The notes: a model not told the origin generated them from the letters alone. Numbered from the stretch's first letter, positions 27,224 through 35,929 are shown. The stretch: 64,000 nucleotides of DNA from a bacterium (GCA_003252295.1 QKEV01000003.1:64701-128700); one strand, 5' to 3'. Program-made: numbers and translations.

Positions 27224-28094
27224 AAAAAAGATACGTATAGGAGTTATATCACGAGTGCAGAGTGATACGATTGATTTAGCATTGAAAAAAGAAGCAGAGA
27301 AACGTGGTCATACGTACACAAAAATTGTCTTTTCAACCGAAGATGTTACAGATGCAGAAAATATTTTGACTCAAGCAGGATTGCTTGAGTACGACGTGTT
27401 GTACTACAGAACATCACTTGGATATGTTTGGGCGCAGGTAATTGAGGCGTACTTGTCTAAACACAAAAAAGAAGCTTTAAATTTGCAATACATTACACAT
27501 GCCTTTCTTGAGAAGAAGACATATCAAACAGCAACAGTTTCTAGAGAAAATGTATTAACTCCAAAAACTGTTCTAGATACCTCAAACGATTTTAAAACTA
27601 TTGCATCAAAACTTGGAAGTCCTTTTGTTGTTAAGGCCGATGTGAGTTCCCAGGGTAGAGATGTTCATTTAGTGCATTCGGAAAAAGAGTTTATGACAAC
27701 CTCTTCAAAGAGTCTGAGGAAACCATGTTTTTACCAAGAATACATACCACATGAGTATGATTGTAGGGTACATCTCGTAGGTGGTAAGCCAGTTGCTTCA
27801 TATAGGAGAGTGCCAAACAGTGGTGAGTTTCGAAGTAATGTGAGTCTCGGTGGAAGGATGGAAGCTTTGAGTAATGAAGATAAAAACGCACTCTACCCTT
27901 TAGCAGAGCAGGTTGCTAAAATTCTTAATCTTGATTTGCATGTGGTAGATTTTATGCGTTCAAAAATAACTGGGAAGTACTATTTTACTGAAGTAAATTC
28001 AAATCCAGGTTGGAATAAATGGAATCCAAACGCAACCGGAGTAAATATGAATTCCTTAGTAATGGATTATTTTGAAGCATACGCGAGGGGTTAG
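27216..28094 (+). CDS. RimK-like ATP-grasp ligase (ribosomal protein S6 glutamate ligase family)
   Basis: SPFVVKADVSSQGRDVHLV, CFYQEYIPHEYDCRVHLVGGK, FTEVNSNPGW map to the ATP-grasp B and C subdomains. The start overlaps the previous stop. Confidence 0.7.
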   Translation: MSKKKIRIGVISRVQSDTIDLALKKEAEKRGHTYTKIVFSTEDVTDAENILTQAGLLEYDVLYYRTSLGYVWAQVIEAYLSKHKKEALNLQYITHAFLEKKTYQTATVSRENVLTPKTVLDTSNDFKTIASKLGSPFVVKADVSSQGRDVHLVHSEKEFMTTSSKSLRKPCFYQEYIPHEYDCRVHLVGGKPVASYRRVPNSGEFRSNVSLGGRMEALSNEDKNALYPLAEQVAKILNLDLHVVDFMRSKITGKYYFTEVNSNPGWNKWNPNATGVNMNSLVMDYFEAYARG

Positions 28095-28112
28095 TAGTGA
28101 TACTATTACCAT

Positions 28113-29450
28113 ATGTCTGAAAAATTTCACCAATCCTTTGAAGAAACAAGTGTTGCGCAACAAGAGGTTTTAGATGCCGATTTGTATACTGCTTTTGAAA
28201 AACTGTTTTTTGAGGATTATGAGTACCTTGAAGGAGACAAAAGGGAAAGAGAAAATCAGAAAAAAAGTTTTTTTGAGAATGAGATCGAGAATCCTGTTCT
28301 TGATTACCCCTTACTAGAGAACTTTGATTTTGAAACCAGAGAGAGTGAACTAGTAGCACTTAAAGAAACTGCACTGCAACATAGCGACCCGGTAGTTACT
28401 CAGGTGTACAGGTGGAGGATAAATGAACAAATTGCTCAGTTAAGGATGTTAAGGGCAGCAAAAGAGGGGAACGACAGGCGTTTTGGAAGGTACTCAAGGT
28501 TTATATATGGGACACCTTCTGAAGAAATATTTCAGTATGATCTGAGTAAGGTAAGAGGGGTTGTTGAGGTTGCGCAAAGATCGGGTGATGATGAGAGAAT
28601 AAAGGCGTCAGAATGGCTACTGGAACATGTAGATCTCAATAAGGTTGATACTGCAACAATCAGTGATGGTCTTCTCAAAAAAGAAAAAGATACCACTGAG
28701 AAACTGAATGCAGAGCAAATTCTTGAACTGTTTGAACAAGCAATTGCAACATTGCAACTTACTGACTGGAAGGTTGTTACTGATGAGAACAGAAGAACGG
28801 TGAGTGCAAGCCAAGAGCAAAAAACAGTATATCTGCCAAAAGATATCTCTCGAACAAAACAAAAAGTCGAGTCACTCATTGCGCACGAGTTAGGTACCCA
28901 TGCACAAAGAAGAGAACATGGAGAGAGGAGTAAACTGAGACTCCTTGGTTTGGGTCTAGATAGATACGTGAAAGGTGAGGAAGGGGTTGCAACATATGAG
29001 CAGCATAAGATTGAGGGAGCAGATGAATATGCGGGTTTCTTGGGACATCTTGCTGGGTCACTTGCACATGGCGTTGATGGGACAAAAAGAAATTTCAGGG
29101 ATGTGTTTGAAATATTGTGTCAGTATAATATCGCACGAATAAAAACCTCAACAGGAGAAGATCGGGTAAAAAAGGCAAAAGATGCTAGTTGGAATACATG
29201 CGTAAGAGCTTTCAGAGGTACCACTTGCACTTCTCCAGGTAATGCGTTTACGAAGGATATTGTGTATCGAGAAGGGAATATTGGTGTGTACGACCTCATT
29301 AATGCAAACAGTAATGAGGTGCACCGTTTTATGGTTGGCAAGTATGACCCGACAAATGATAGACATGTGTGGGTACTTGACCAGCTTGGTATTACAGAAG
29401 AAGATATTGAGCGTCTAGAGAAGGGTGAAGAAGTAGCTGACGAAACATAA
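28113..29450 (+). CDS. DUF1704-family (MATCAP-like) zinc metallopeptidase with atypical HExxxH motif
   Basis: IAHELGTHAQRREHGE (H-E-x-x-x-H) and the conserved downstream segment ...GEEGVATYEQHKIEGA.... Adjacent to the RimK-like ligases, as in the described conserved neighbourhoods. Confidence 0.6.
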   Translation: MSEKFHQSFEETSVAQQEVLDADLYTAFEKLFFEDYEYLEGDKRERENQKKSFFENEIENPVLDYPLLENFDFETRESELVALKETALQHSDPVVTQVYRWRINEQIAQLRMLRAAKEGNDRRFGRYSRFIYGTPSEEIFQYDLSKVRGVVEVAQRSGDDERIKASEWLLEHVDLNKVDTATISDGLLKKEKDTTEKLNAEQILELFEQAIATLQLTDWKVVTDENRRTVSASQEQKTVYLPKDISRTKQKVESLIAHELGTHAQRREHGERSKLRLLGLGLDRYVKGEEGVATYEQHKIEGADEYAGFLGHLAGSLAHGVDGTKRNFRDVFEILCQYNIARIKTSTGEDRVKKAKDASWNTCVRAFRGTTCTSPGNAFTKDIVYREGNIGVYDLINANSNEVHRFMVGKYDPTNDRHVWVLDQLGITEEDIERLEKGEEVADET

Positions 29451-29552
29451 GTTATCTGCTATAGTGTGGAGCACATTGCCTGTTTACCTGTCAGTGTTGG
29501 TGGGATTGTCAGGCAGTATAAGGAAAAGTAATCGGTAGTTTGAAGTAAAAAT

Positions 29553-29623
29553 TGCCCGATCGTCTAATGGTAGGACGTTGGTTTCTGGCACCAAAAATTG
29601 GGGTTCGAATCCCTGTCGGGCAG
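29553..29623 (+). tRNA. tRNA-Gln (anticodon CUG)
   Basis: U1-A72 acceptor (UGCCCGA/UCGGGCA), typical of bacterial tRNA-Gln; anticodon stem TTGGT/ACCAA with loop UUCUGGC; T-loop TTCGAAT; discriminator G. Confidence 0.75.
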
Positions 29624-29700
29624 CACGAGTTTTGAATACGTAAACACTAGTTAGTTTTGAGTACCTGCTACTCACTATCGAACTTTGGTATACTCAGATT

Positions 29701-30261
29701 ATGTATCTTTCACATAAAACAATTGAAGAATTAGTTGATAAAGGTGATTTAATCATCAAACCAGATTTTAATAAGAAAAATATTAGACCAGTTGGTATAC
29801 GTATTCATCTAGGAAAAGAACTTTTAGTACCTGAAGAGGGGCAGGTTGTCAGCTTAACTGAAGGAAAAGACCTTAAATATAAAAAAATTGATTTAAGTAA
29901 AGAGGATTTCTACCTTGAACCAAATCAATTTATTTTAGGTGCTACTTATGAAGCAATACAAACACCAAAAAATATTTTATCGATACTGGATGGTAGAAGT
30001 ACTGTAGCGAGACTAGGGTTAACGACACACGTTACAGCATCGATTGCAGATGGCACTTTTGAACAGCCACATGTTGTAGTTCTTGAGATTAAGAATGTTG
30101 GTAACTTTAGAGTCAAATTGTCTTATAAAGACCCAATTGCTATGATGGTATTTTCAACACTAACCACTCCAGTAGAGCAGGAGCTACAAAGCCAGTATGC
30201 CGGTGGTCAAGATGGTGTGACACCACCAAATCTCCATTTTAAAACAGGTAAAGACAAATAA
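29701..30261 (+). CDS. dcd: dCTP deaminase
   Basis: ILDGRSTVARLGLTTHVTASIADGTFEQPHVVVLEIKN aligns with the Dcd core ([20 protein letters not shown]...VLEF). Confidence 0.8.
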   Translation: MYLSHKTIEELVDKGDLIIKPDFNKKNIRPVGIRIHLGKELLVPEEGQVVSLTEGKDLKYKKIDLSKEDFYLEPNQFILGATYEAIQTPKNILSILDGRSTVARLGLTTHVTASIADGTFEQPHVVVLEIKNVGNFRVKLSYKDPIAMMVFSTLTTPVEQELQSQYAGGQDGVTPPNLHFKTGKDK

Positions 30262-30318
30262 TTTACTTTTTTAAAGTTCTAACATCGTCCCAGACAGCCA
30301 GCAATCGGCACACCACAA

Positions 30319-30356
30319 ACAAGTACTTGTTTGTGGTGTTTGCCGTTGCTAGCCCG
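30319..30356. repeat. Long perfect palindromic hairpin (ggcacaccacaaacaag-ta-cttgtttgtggtgtttgcc)
   Basis: ~17-bp stem with a 2-nt loop in the intergenic region downstream of dcd. Confidence 0.7.
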
Positions 30357-30611
30357 ACAGGGATTTGAACACGTAGGGGGCGTAGAGTTTTGTTATGAAG
30401 TATGAATTACAAAACCAAGTGCAGAGCTCGGGGAAACGATAGTTTCCCCGTGGAGGGATACCATAAGACCGAGTGGTCTTATGAGCGCAGTGAGTGTAAC
30501 GAACGAGCAGTGAGATTCCCTGTTGTATTCTTCGTAGCTTTATGCGAAGAAGGGGCGGGCAGCAAACGTAAAAAAACACCCCGTGGTGTTTTTTGTGTAT
30601 ACTTGCTAGAT

Positions 30612-31010
30612 ATGGATTACCAAGAACAAAAACCAAAATTTAGAAGAGCAATTGCATTTGATTTTTTAGGTGTAGTTGCAAAACATGACGGGTTACCATT
30701 TTCAAGTGAGGAGAAGTATATTGAGCACGACCCTAATTTCGAGGTGGTAGAAGCAATGAGGCAACTGCGAGAGAAGGGGTACAAGATACTTCTTCATTCA
30801 ACACTCGCTCATGAATTACTGGAAGGGTATGTACAGAAACATAACCTTCCTGTTGATGAGATAAATAAGAACAGTGACGTTGAAAGTGGAAATAGCGGCA
30901 AGCCAGTTGCTCATTTATATGTTGATGACCGAGCATTTCAGTATCGAGGGCAAACTGCCGATGAGTTGGTAGAGCAGATAGATACTTTCAAACCATACTG
31001 GAAGCAATAG
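30612..31010 (+). CDS. HAD-like hydrolase-fold protein with non-canonical motif I (FDFLG instead of DxDG)
   Basis: MDYQEQKPKFRRAIAFDFLGVVAKHDG... resembles HAD motif I but the second Asp is replaced by Leu. The ORF-track N-terminal extension (30402-) overlaps a structured region and is unlikely to be coding. Confidence 0.4.
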   Translation: MDYQEQKPKFRRAIAFDFLGVVAKHDGLPFSSEEKYIEHDPNFEVVEAMRQLREKGYKILLHSTLAHELLEGYVQKHNLPVDEINKNSDVESGNSGKPVAHLYVDDRAFQYRGQTADELVEQIDTFKPYWKQ

Positions 31011-31076
31011 GTAACTACTTTCTCAATGAACTGGCAAAATTTGACAAAAACTATAAATAGTGCATAATATAAAGAG

Positions 31077-31262
31077 AGCAAGCGCACGCTTGCAATAACA
31101 CATACTTTCGTTGAGCGTGCTGTCTATGAAAGGACTATTGAACCGCAAGGTTATGGTCCTGAGACAAACACACAGAGGTGTGTCATAGCACAGGAGCTAC
31201 AGGCTCTTGCGACTCAACCCACTAACTAAACCCCAGGGAGATACCCGGGGTTTTTATTTTTT
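31077..31262 (+). ncRNA. Candidate small RNA with its own sigma70-like promoter and intrinsic terminator
   Basis: TTGACA (31041-31046), a 17-18-nt spacer, and ATAATA/TAATAT. The ~170-nt transcript has several hairpins (gcaagcg-cac-gcttgc; ggacc...ggtcc) and ends in ccccaggg-agata-cccgggg plus tttttatttttt. There is no ORF. Confidence 0.4.
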
Positions 31263-31323
31263 AATTACCAATATTTCTCGTAACACAACACGTTTGTTCT
31301 GACCGAAATGTTTGAACAGGTAC
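31261..31323. repeat. ~62-nt leader/promoter repeat, copy 1 (upstream of the subtilisin gene); encodes a 9-codon uORF MFEQVHIFF
   Basis: ttaattaccaatatttctcgtaacacaacacgtttgttctgaccgaaatgtttgaacaggta matches 33081-33142 (about 87% identity). Confidence 0.75.
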
Positions 31324-31345
31324 ATATATTTTTTTAGTTATTTTT

Positions 31346-33022
31346 TTGATTTCTTGCTGTATGATGATAAGTAAATTACAAGATAATGTTTGTGATATGT
31401 TTCTTACAAAACGACTTTTAACAGTAACTTGTCTCACCTTGGGTATACTTGTGTACTTCATGAGTTATGTCTTTCTTGCTCATGCATCAGTACAAAGTGA
31501 CACACAAGAGCAAGTGCGTGTCTTTGTACACTTTGACAGTGTTCCAGGGAAAACTGAGCAAGGACTTGTACGTGCATTTGGAGGCAAGGTGACCCATAGT
31601 TACTCTATTATTCCTGCACTTGCAGTTACGATACCTCAACAAGCAATAGAGGGTCTTTCAAAAAACCCTCATGTTACAAGTATTGAACTAGATCATGAAG
31701 TAAAAGCGACAGAGATCTATGACGAAGAGTACTATCGAGGATGGGGAATTGACCACGTACACAGTGGGGTTGCACATGAGCAGAGTATCCTTGGCCAAGG
31801 TGTGAAGGTTGGTGTCATAGATTCTGGTGTTGATAGTGGACATCAAGATCTCGATGTTGTTGGTGGGTATAATTTTTGGAACTACAATGAAAATTATGAA
31901 GATGTGTATGGACACGGTACACATGTAGCAGGGACTATTTGTGCGCTCGATAATGGTTTGGGTGTTGTTGGTGTTTCTCCATTATGTAACCTGTACTCAC
32001 TACGTGTACTCAGTGATGAGGGAAGTGGGTATGAGAGTGACATTATCTATGCGATAGAGTGGGCGTTGGGTGATACCGTTGAGCTTTGGTATGATGGTGA
32101 ATTTTACGGTACGGTAACTGGCGAAAAGCTTGATGTGGTAAATATGAGTATAGGATCACAGTCTGCAAGTAGTGCCTATGAAGAGGCATGTAATGCTGCA
32201 TATGCAAAAGGTTTAGTGCTTGTAGCTGCTGCGGGGAATGATGGTCGTTTCAACGGAAGAGGTGACACAGTAGACTATCCGGCACGGTACAGTTCTGTAA
32301 TAGCGGTAGCTGCTGTTGATCAAAATAATGTACGAGCTACTTGGTCTAGTACTGGTCCGGATGTTGAGATCTCTGCTCCTGGAGTATCAGTAATATCTGC
32401 TTGGAATGATGATTCAAGTCATTATGATCCACAACCTACACTTATTGATGGTGATTACTACAAACCTGGCTCTGGTACATCAATGGCAACACCACATGTA
32501 ACAGGTGCAGTTGCCTTATTGCTTTCAGCGGGTGTGGAAGATATGAACGGAGTAAATGGTGTTGCAGATGAAGTAAGGAGTATTCTTGGTGACAGTGCTA
32601 CTCCACTTGGAAAGGTAGAGGAGTATGGTGCAGGTCTTGTAAATATTCAAGAAGCGCTTCAAATACTTGTGGTTCCCACTGGAAACACTTCTCCGGTAGC
32701 GGATGCTGGAGCAGATCAGGTGCTTGTCGACAGTAACAGTGATGGTACAGAAACATTTACTCTTGATGGTACCGCTTCAACCGATAAAGAGAACAATATC
32801 ATCTCGTATTTGTGGAATGATGAGAATGATGTCGTGGTAGGTACTGCAAGTACTGTCGAGGTAACTAAACCTATTGGTGAGTATTTGTTTACACTTACTG
32901 TTACCGATAGTGAAGGATTATACAGTACTGACACGGTACTCATTGATGTACGTACACTTGAAGAAAAATGCACCCCAGCTTTAGCGCGGAAAGGTTTATG
33001 TGTGTATACAAAGGGAAGATAG
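31346..33022 (+). CDS. Subtilisin-like serine protease (peptidase S8) with N-terminal anchor/propeptide and C-terminal PKD-like domain
   Basis: Catalytic triad motifs GVIDSGVD (Asp), HGTHVAGTI (His), GTSMATPHVTGA (Ser). The C-terminal beta-sandwich segment (DAGADQVLVDSNSDGTETFTLDGTASTD) is PKD-like. Confidence 0.85.
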   Translation: MISCCMMISKLQDNVCDMFLTKRLLTVTCLTLGILVYFMSYVFLAHASVQSDTQEQVRVFVHFDSVPGKTEQGLVRAFGGKVTHSYSIIPALAVTIPQQAIEGLSKNPHVTSIELDHEVKATEIYDEEYYRGWGIDHVHSGVAHEQSILGQGVKVGVIDSGVDSGHQDLDVVGGYNFWNYNENYEDVYGHGTHVAGTICALDNGLGVVGVSPLCNLYSLRVLSDEGSGYESDIIYAIEWALGDTVELWYDGEFYGTVTGEKLDVVNMSIGSQSASSAYEEACNAAYAKGLVLVAAAGNDGRFNGRGDTVDYPARYSSVIAVAAVDQNNVRATWSSTGPDVEISAPGVSVISAWNDDSSHYDPQPTLIDGDYYKPGSGTSMATPHVTGAVALLLSAGVEDMNGVNGVADEVRSILGDSATPLGKVEEYGAGLVNIQEALQILVVPTGNTSPVADAGADQVLVDSNSDGTETFTLDGTASTDKENNIISYLWNDENDVVVGTASTVEVTKPIGEYLFTLTVTDSEGLYSTDTVLIDVRTLEEKCTPALARKGLCVYTKGR

Positions 33023-33080
33023 GATATTAAGTATATGGGATTCTTACAACCCACTCATCGAGTGGGTTGTTCGTTCTCTT

Positions 33081-33142
33081 TTAATTACCATTATTTCTTG
33101 CAATACAACATGTTTGGTTTGACCGAAATGTTTGAACAGGTA
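33081..33142. repeat. ~62-nt leader/promoter repeat, copy 2 (upstream of the next gene)
   Basis: ttaattaccattatttcttgcaatacaacatgtttggtttgaccgaaatgtttgaacaggta. It is preceded by a terminator hairpin (aacccactc-atcg-gagtgggtt) for the S8 gene. Confidence 0.75.
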
Positions 33143-33178
33143 TCATTACTAGTACTCTGCTTCAAAGGAAGCACTACT

Positions 33179-33595
33179 ATGTTTAAGTTTCCGTTACAAA
33201 AGAAAAGAACAAGGTGGTTTTTTGGCCTCATAGTACTTTTTTTCTTCATGGTAACTGGTGTCTCTAGTCTGTTTGAAATGAACTTGGGAAATGCTGCTTC
33301 AAGTCAGATGGTGGGCTGCCTCTTTATGCCACATGATGGCAGTGTCCATGTTATGAGTATGGTTGATCATATTGAGATTTGGAAATTTACCTTCCTTGCA
33401 CTCACTCCTGTTTTGCTATTTGTTACCCTGGTTCTATTTTTGATAAAAAGAAGCAGAACATGCTGTACTGCTGATAGAACTATATGCGTGCATGTACCAT
33501 ACAAAGTTTCTGAACATACAGATGATGTATTGTATAGACCACTGCAATACTTATTTTCTAACGGGATACTGCATCCAAAGTTATCCTACGCATAG
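33179..33595 (+). CDS. Hypothetical membrane protein (Cys-rich C-terminus); alternative in-frame start at 33128 inside the repeat (MFEQV...)
   Basis: MFKFPLQKKRTRWFFGLIVLFFFMVTGVSSLF (TM), a second TM LTPVLLFVTLVLFLI, then CCTADRTICVH. Confidence 0.4.
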   Translation: MFKFPLQKKRTRWFFGLIVLFFFMVTGVSSLFEMNLGNAASSQMVGCLFMPHDGSVHVMSMVDHIEIWKFTFLALTPVLLFVTLVLFLIKRSRTCCTADRTICVHVPYKVSEHTDDVLYRPLQYLFSNGILHPKLSYA

Positions 33596-33716
33596 TTGTG
33601 AGGAGTCATGTAAACAGATGAGAGGGAAATATGTAAGTTTATTTCCTGCTATATCTGCCCCTCAAATATCGCTTTATAGAAAAAGGCACATGCAGTGTCT
33701 GTAACAAAAAACTACT

Positions 33717-34085
33717 ATGAAAATTGAAGAACTACTGCGTACGTATAGACCACTCGTCTCTACAGACAGGACACATCATGACTTTGGGTACGTGCATGAA
33801 CTAGATGACATCATCCAAACGTATTTCACGATTACAAACATTGGGAAAGAGGTGTTGAACCTAGGTACGGTGAGTATGAGTTGCGGTTGCACTACGGCTG
33901 AGCTAGAAGATCATGCACTTGAACCAGGTGATAGTACGAGACTGTGGGTGTACTTTAACCCTAAGGTCCATGCAGATACCATGGGTGGCCCGATCAGGAG
34001 TACTGTATACATTTCATCAAATGATCTCCTGTGTCCAGAAATTGAACTGACGCTCTCCATGGATGTAGAAGGAAGTGAAGAGTAA
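33717..34085 (+). CDS. DUF1573 domain protein
   Basis: FTITNIGKEVLNLGTVSMSCGCTTAE...PGDSTRLWVYFNP...IRSTVYISSND matches the DUF1573 pattern (N.G...L.I..V..SCGCT...PG....I.V.F......G.....I.V.SND). Confidence 0.7.
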   Translation: MKIEELLRTYRPLVSTDRTHHDFGYVHELDDIIQTYFTITNIGKEVLNLGTVSMSCGCTTAELEDHALEPGDSTRLWVYFNPKVHADTMGGPIRSTVYISSNDLLCPEIELTLSMDVEGSEE

Positions 34086-34109
34086 CACTAACCCGCTCGA
34101 AAGAGCGGG

Positions 34110-34628
34110 TTATTTTGCAAAAGTTGAGACAAAGGTTATCTTGGTTTTTCTCGTCTTTTCTTTTTGAAAAGGGCTGAGGTAGGCGTGAGCAATAAGTTTC
34201 TTACCTTGTAGAGCTAGTGGCAACCATTCTCTATCACTTGGCATCATGTCATTTACAGGCAAGTCAGAAATGCTGTACCAAGCTGGTTCTTTCATTTCAC
34301 TTGTTTCCTGTGGTTCACCATACCATGAACATGTTATGTAAAAGTGAACAGTAAGAACGAAAATACTTCCATCACTCTTTGTATTGTGAAAGTGTACAAT
34401 CGCTATTTTCTCAAGATCCTCACTTGTGGTTAGTACACCACCACTTTCTTCTTTGAGTTCTCGTGTGGCGCATGCAGTTATGCTTTCATTTTGTTCTGTA
34501 CCACCTCCATAACCATTGAGTTTTCCTTTACCAATCTTATCTACCTTGCGTGCTAAAAGTATCTTGTTGTTTTTCTTCAAGAACACCACTGTTGCCAGAT
34601 TGAGTACTTTTTCTTCCTGTTGTTCCAT
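34110..34628 (-). CDS. NUDIX hydrolase
   Basis: Nudix box GGGTEQNESITACATRELKEESGG. Confidence 0.7.
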   Translation of the reverse strand: MEQQEEKVLNLATVVFLKKNNKILLARKVDKIGKGKLNGYGGGTEQNESITACATRELKEESGGVLTTSEDLEKIAIVHFHNTKSDGSIFVLTVHFYITCSWYGEPQETSEMKEPAWYSISDLPVNDMMPSDREWLPLALQGKKLIAHAYLSPFQKEKTRKTKITFVSTFAK

Positions 34629-34721
34629 ACTGTCACCTACTAGTTATTTTTTAAACATCTCCTCAATACATAGTACACAGCACATACTTTTGAGCAATAG
34701 AGTTGTGGTACGATTGTATAC

Positions 34722-35141
34722 ATGAAGATACGCTTTGTGGAAATATTTATTGTTTTTCTTGTCATACTCGGTGTTACTTTTGAACGACTCACACTTCCTG
34801 AAACAACTGATACTATGCATACTCAAGCCCTTGAGTATGGTGAGAAACATGGGAAGGTAGTACCACCACAACCCTTTGTCTATGATGGTTGCACGTTTTT
34901 CTTTGATACGCTCATGGGGAGTGATTTTAATGAAGCATGTTTCAAACATGATATAGCGTACTGGTATGGTGGCAGTAAGGAAGAACGGGTTCGTGTAGAT
35001 AAGGAGTTCAGAGATGCTGTGCATGAAGGGGGAATGATGGGGGTTGCACTACAGCATCCCGTGTACGCTACGGTACGTATTTTTGGTGATAGTATTCTTA
35101 CTAAGACCGTAAATGCAAACTGGGGTTTCGGTTGGAATTAG
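34722..35141 (+). CDS. Prokaryotic phospholipase A2 family protein (secreted)
   Basis: N-terminal hydrophobic anchor/signal. YDGCTFFFD and ACFKHDIAYWYG match the DxCT...CxRHDxxYxNY His-Asp active site of Streptomyces-type PLA2. Confidence 0.75.
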   Translation: MKIRFVEIFIVFLVILGVTFERLTLPETTDTMHTQALEYGEKHGKVVPPQPFVYDGCTFFFDTLMGSDFNEACFKHDIAYWYGGSKEERVRVDKEFRDAVHEGGMMGVALQHPVYATVRIFGDSILTKTVNANWGFGWN

Positions 35142-35216
35142 TATTTTCCATAAGGTTAGTTGTTACACCTTCACACCTTTTTGCCATACAGGTAAGCGCA
35201 GTAGTATAGTGTAGGT

Positions 35217-35441
35217 ATGAATGAAATAGCAAAAGAGTATGGTGACAGGGTGCGGAGTGATGTGTGTCACAAGTGCGGTGGACCTGCACCTCACTGGAAG
35301 TGTCCAAAATGTAGCGAAGAGAGTGAATTCTTTGATCCAAACCATTGGCGTATGTGTCGCCATGGCACAAAGATGCAGGCAAAGTGTGAAGCGTGCGGAC
35401 AAGCAGAAGATAACTGCACTTGTGAAAGTGTTACGGCGTAA
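35217..35441 (+). CDS. Small Cys-rich zinc-ribbon protein (CxxC x4)
   Basis: CHKCGG...CPKCSE...CEACGQ...CTCE arrangement, followed by a strong terminator. Confidence 0.5.
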   Translation: MNEIAKEYGDRVRSDVCHKCGGPAPHWKCPKCSEESEFFDPNHWRMCRHGTKMQAKCEACGQAEDNCTCESVTA

Positions 35442-35452
35442 TTATACGAGAG

Positions 35453-35483
35453 ACACCCGCCGAAGAGGCGGGTGTTTTTTTTG
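35453..35483 (+). terminator. Rho-independent terminator
   Basis: acacccgcc-gaaga-ggcgggtgt plus ttttttt. Confidence 0.75.
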
Positions 35484-35601
35484 GTCCAGGTGTGTGCTAG
35501 GCGCATTTACTGGAAAGTTCTGTTACATCATTTCCTTCCAAATCAATTTCTTTCCATCCTTGTTTTGTGGTTCCACGACCGCGGAAATACCTAATCTTTG
35601 T

Positions 35602-35751
35602 TCAAAACTTTCCACGTACTACGAACAAATTAGACCCTTCTTCCAAATAACCTAGTGTTAATCGGTTTTGTCTTAAAAAGCGAATTTCTTTTGTAGTTAT
35701 TCCAGGGAGATTTGCTATAGGCTTGAGTTTGTTAGTAATTATCGATGGCAT
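35602..35751 (-). CDS. Small ORF (49 aa) with helix-hairpin-helix-like motif (LPGITTKEIRFLRQNRLTLG)
   Basis: Hand-translated; not in the ORF track (<60 aa). The motif resembles HhH DNA-binding segments. Weak. Confidence 0.2.
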   Translation of the reverse strand: MPSIITNKLKPIANLPGITTKEIRFLRQNRLTLGYLEEGSNLFVVRGKF

Positions 35752-35929
35752 TGTATTCCTCCTGTGTTCATAGTTTACAGTGACTCTATTGATTCTTCTG
35801 TCATACTATCGTATTTCATCAGTAACACAAGAATGGGTGAAAGAAATTTTAACCAGCTTGCGTAGCAATAGGTAAGCGCAGTGCGTTCGTCGTTTTGTGC
35901 AGCTTAGCAGGTTTAATTAATAAATTTGT

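Noticed and set aside
29484-29675. Minus-strand ORF overlapping tRNA-Gln
   Set aside because: It is antisense to a canonical tRNA, so it is spurious.
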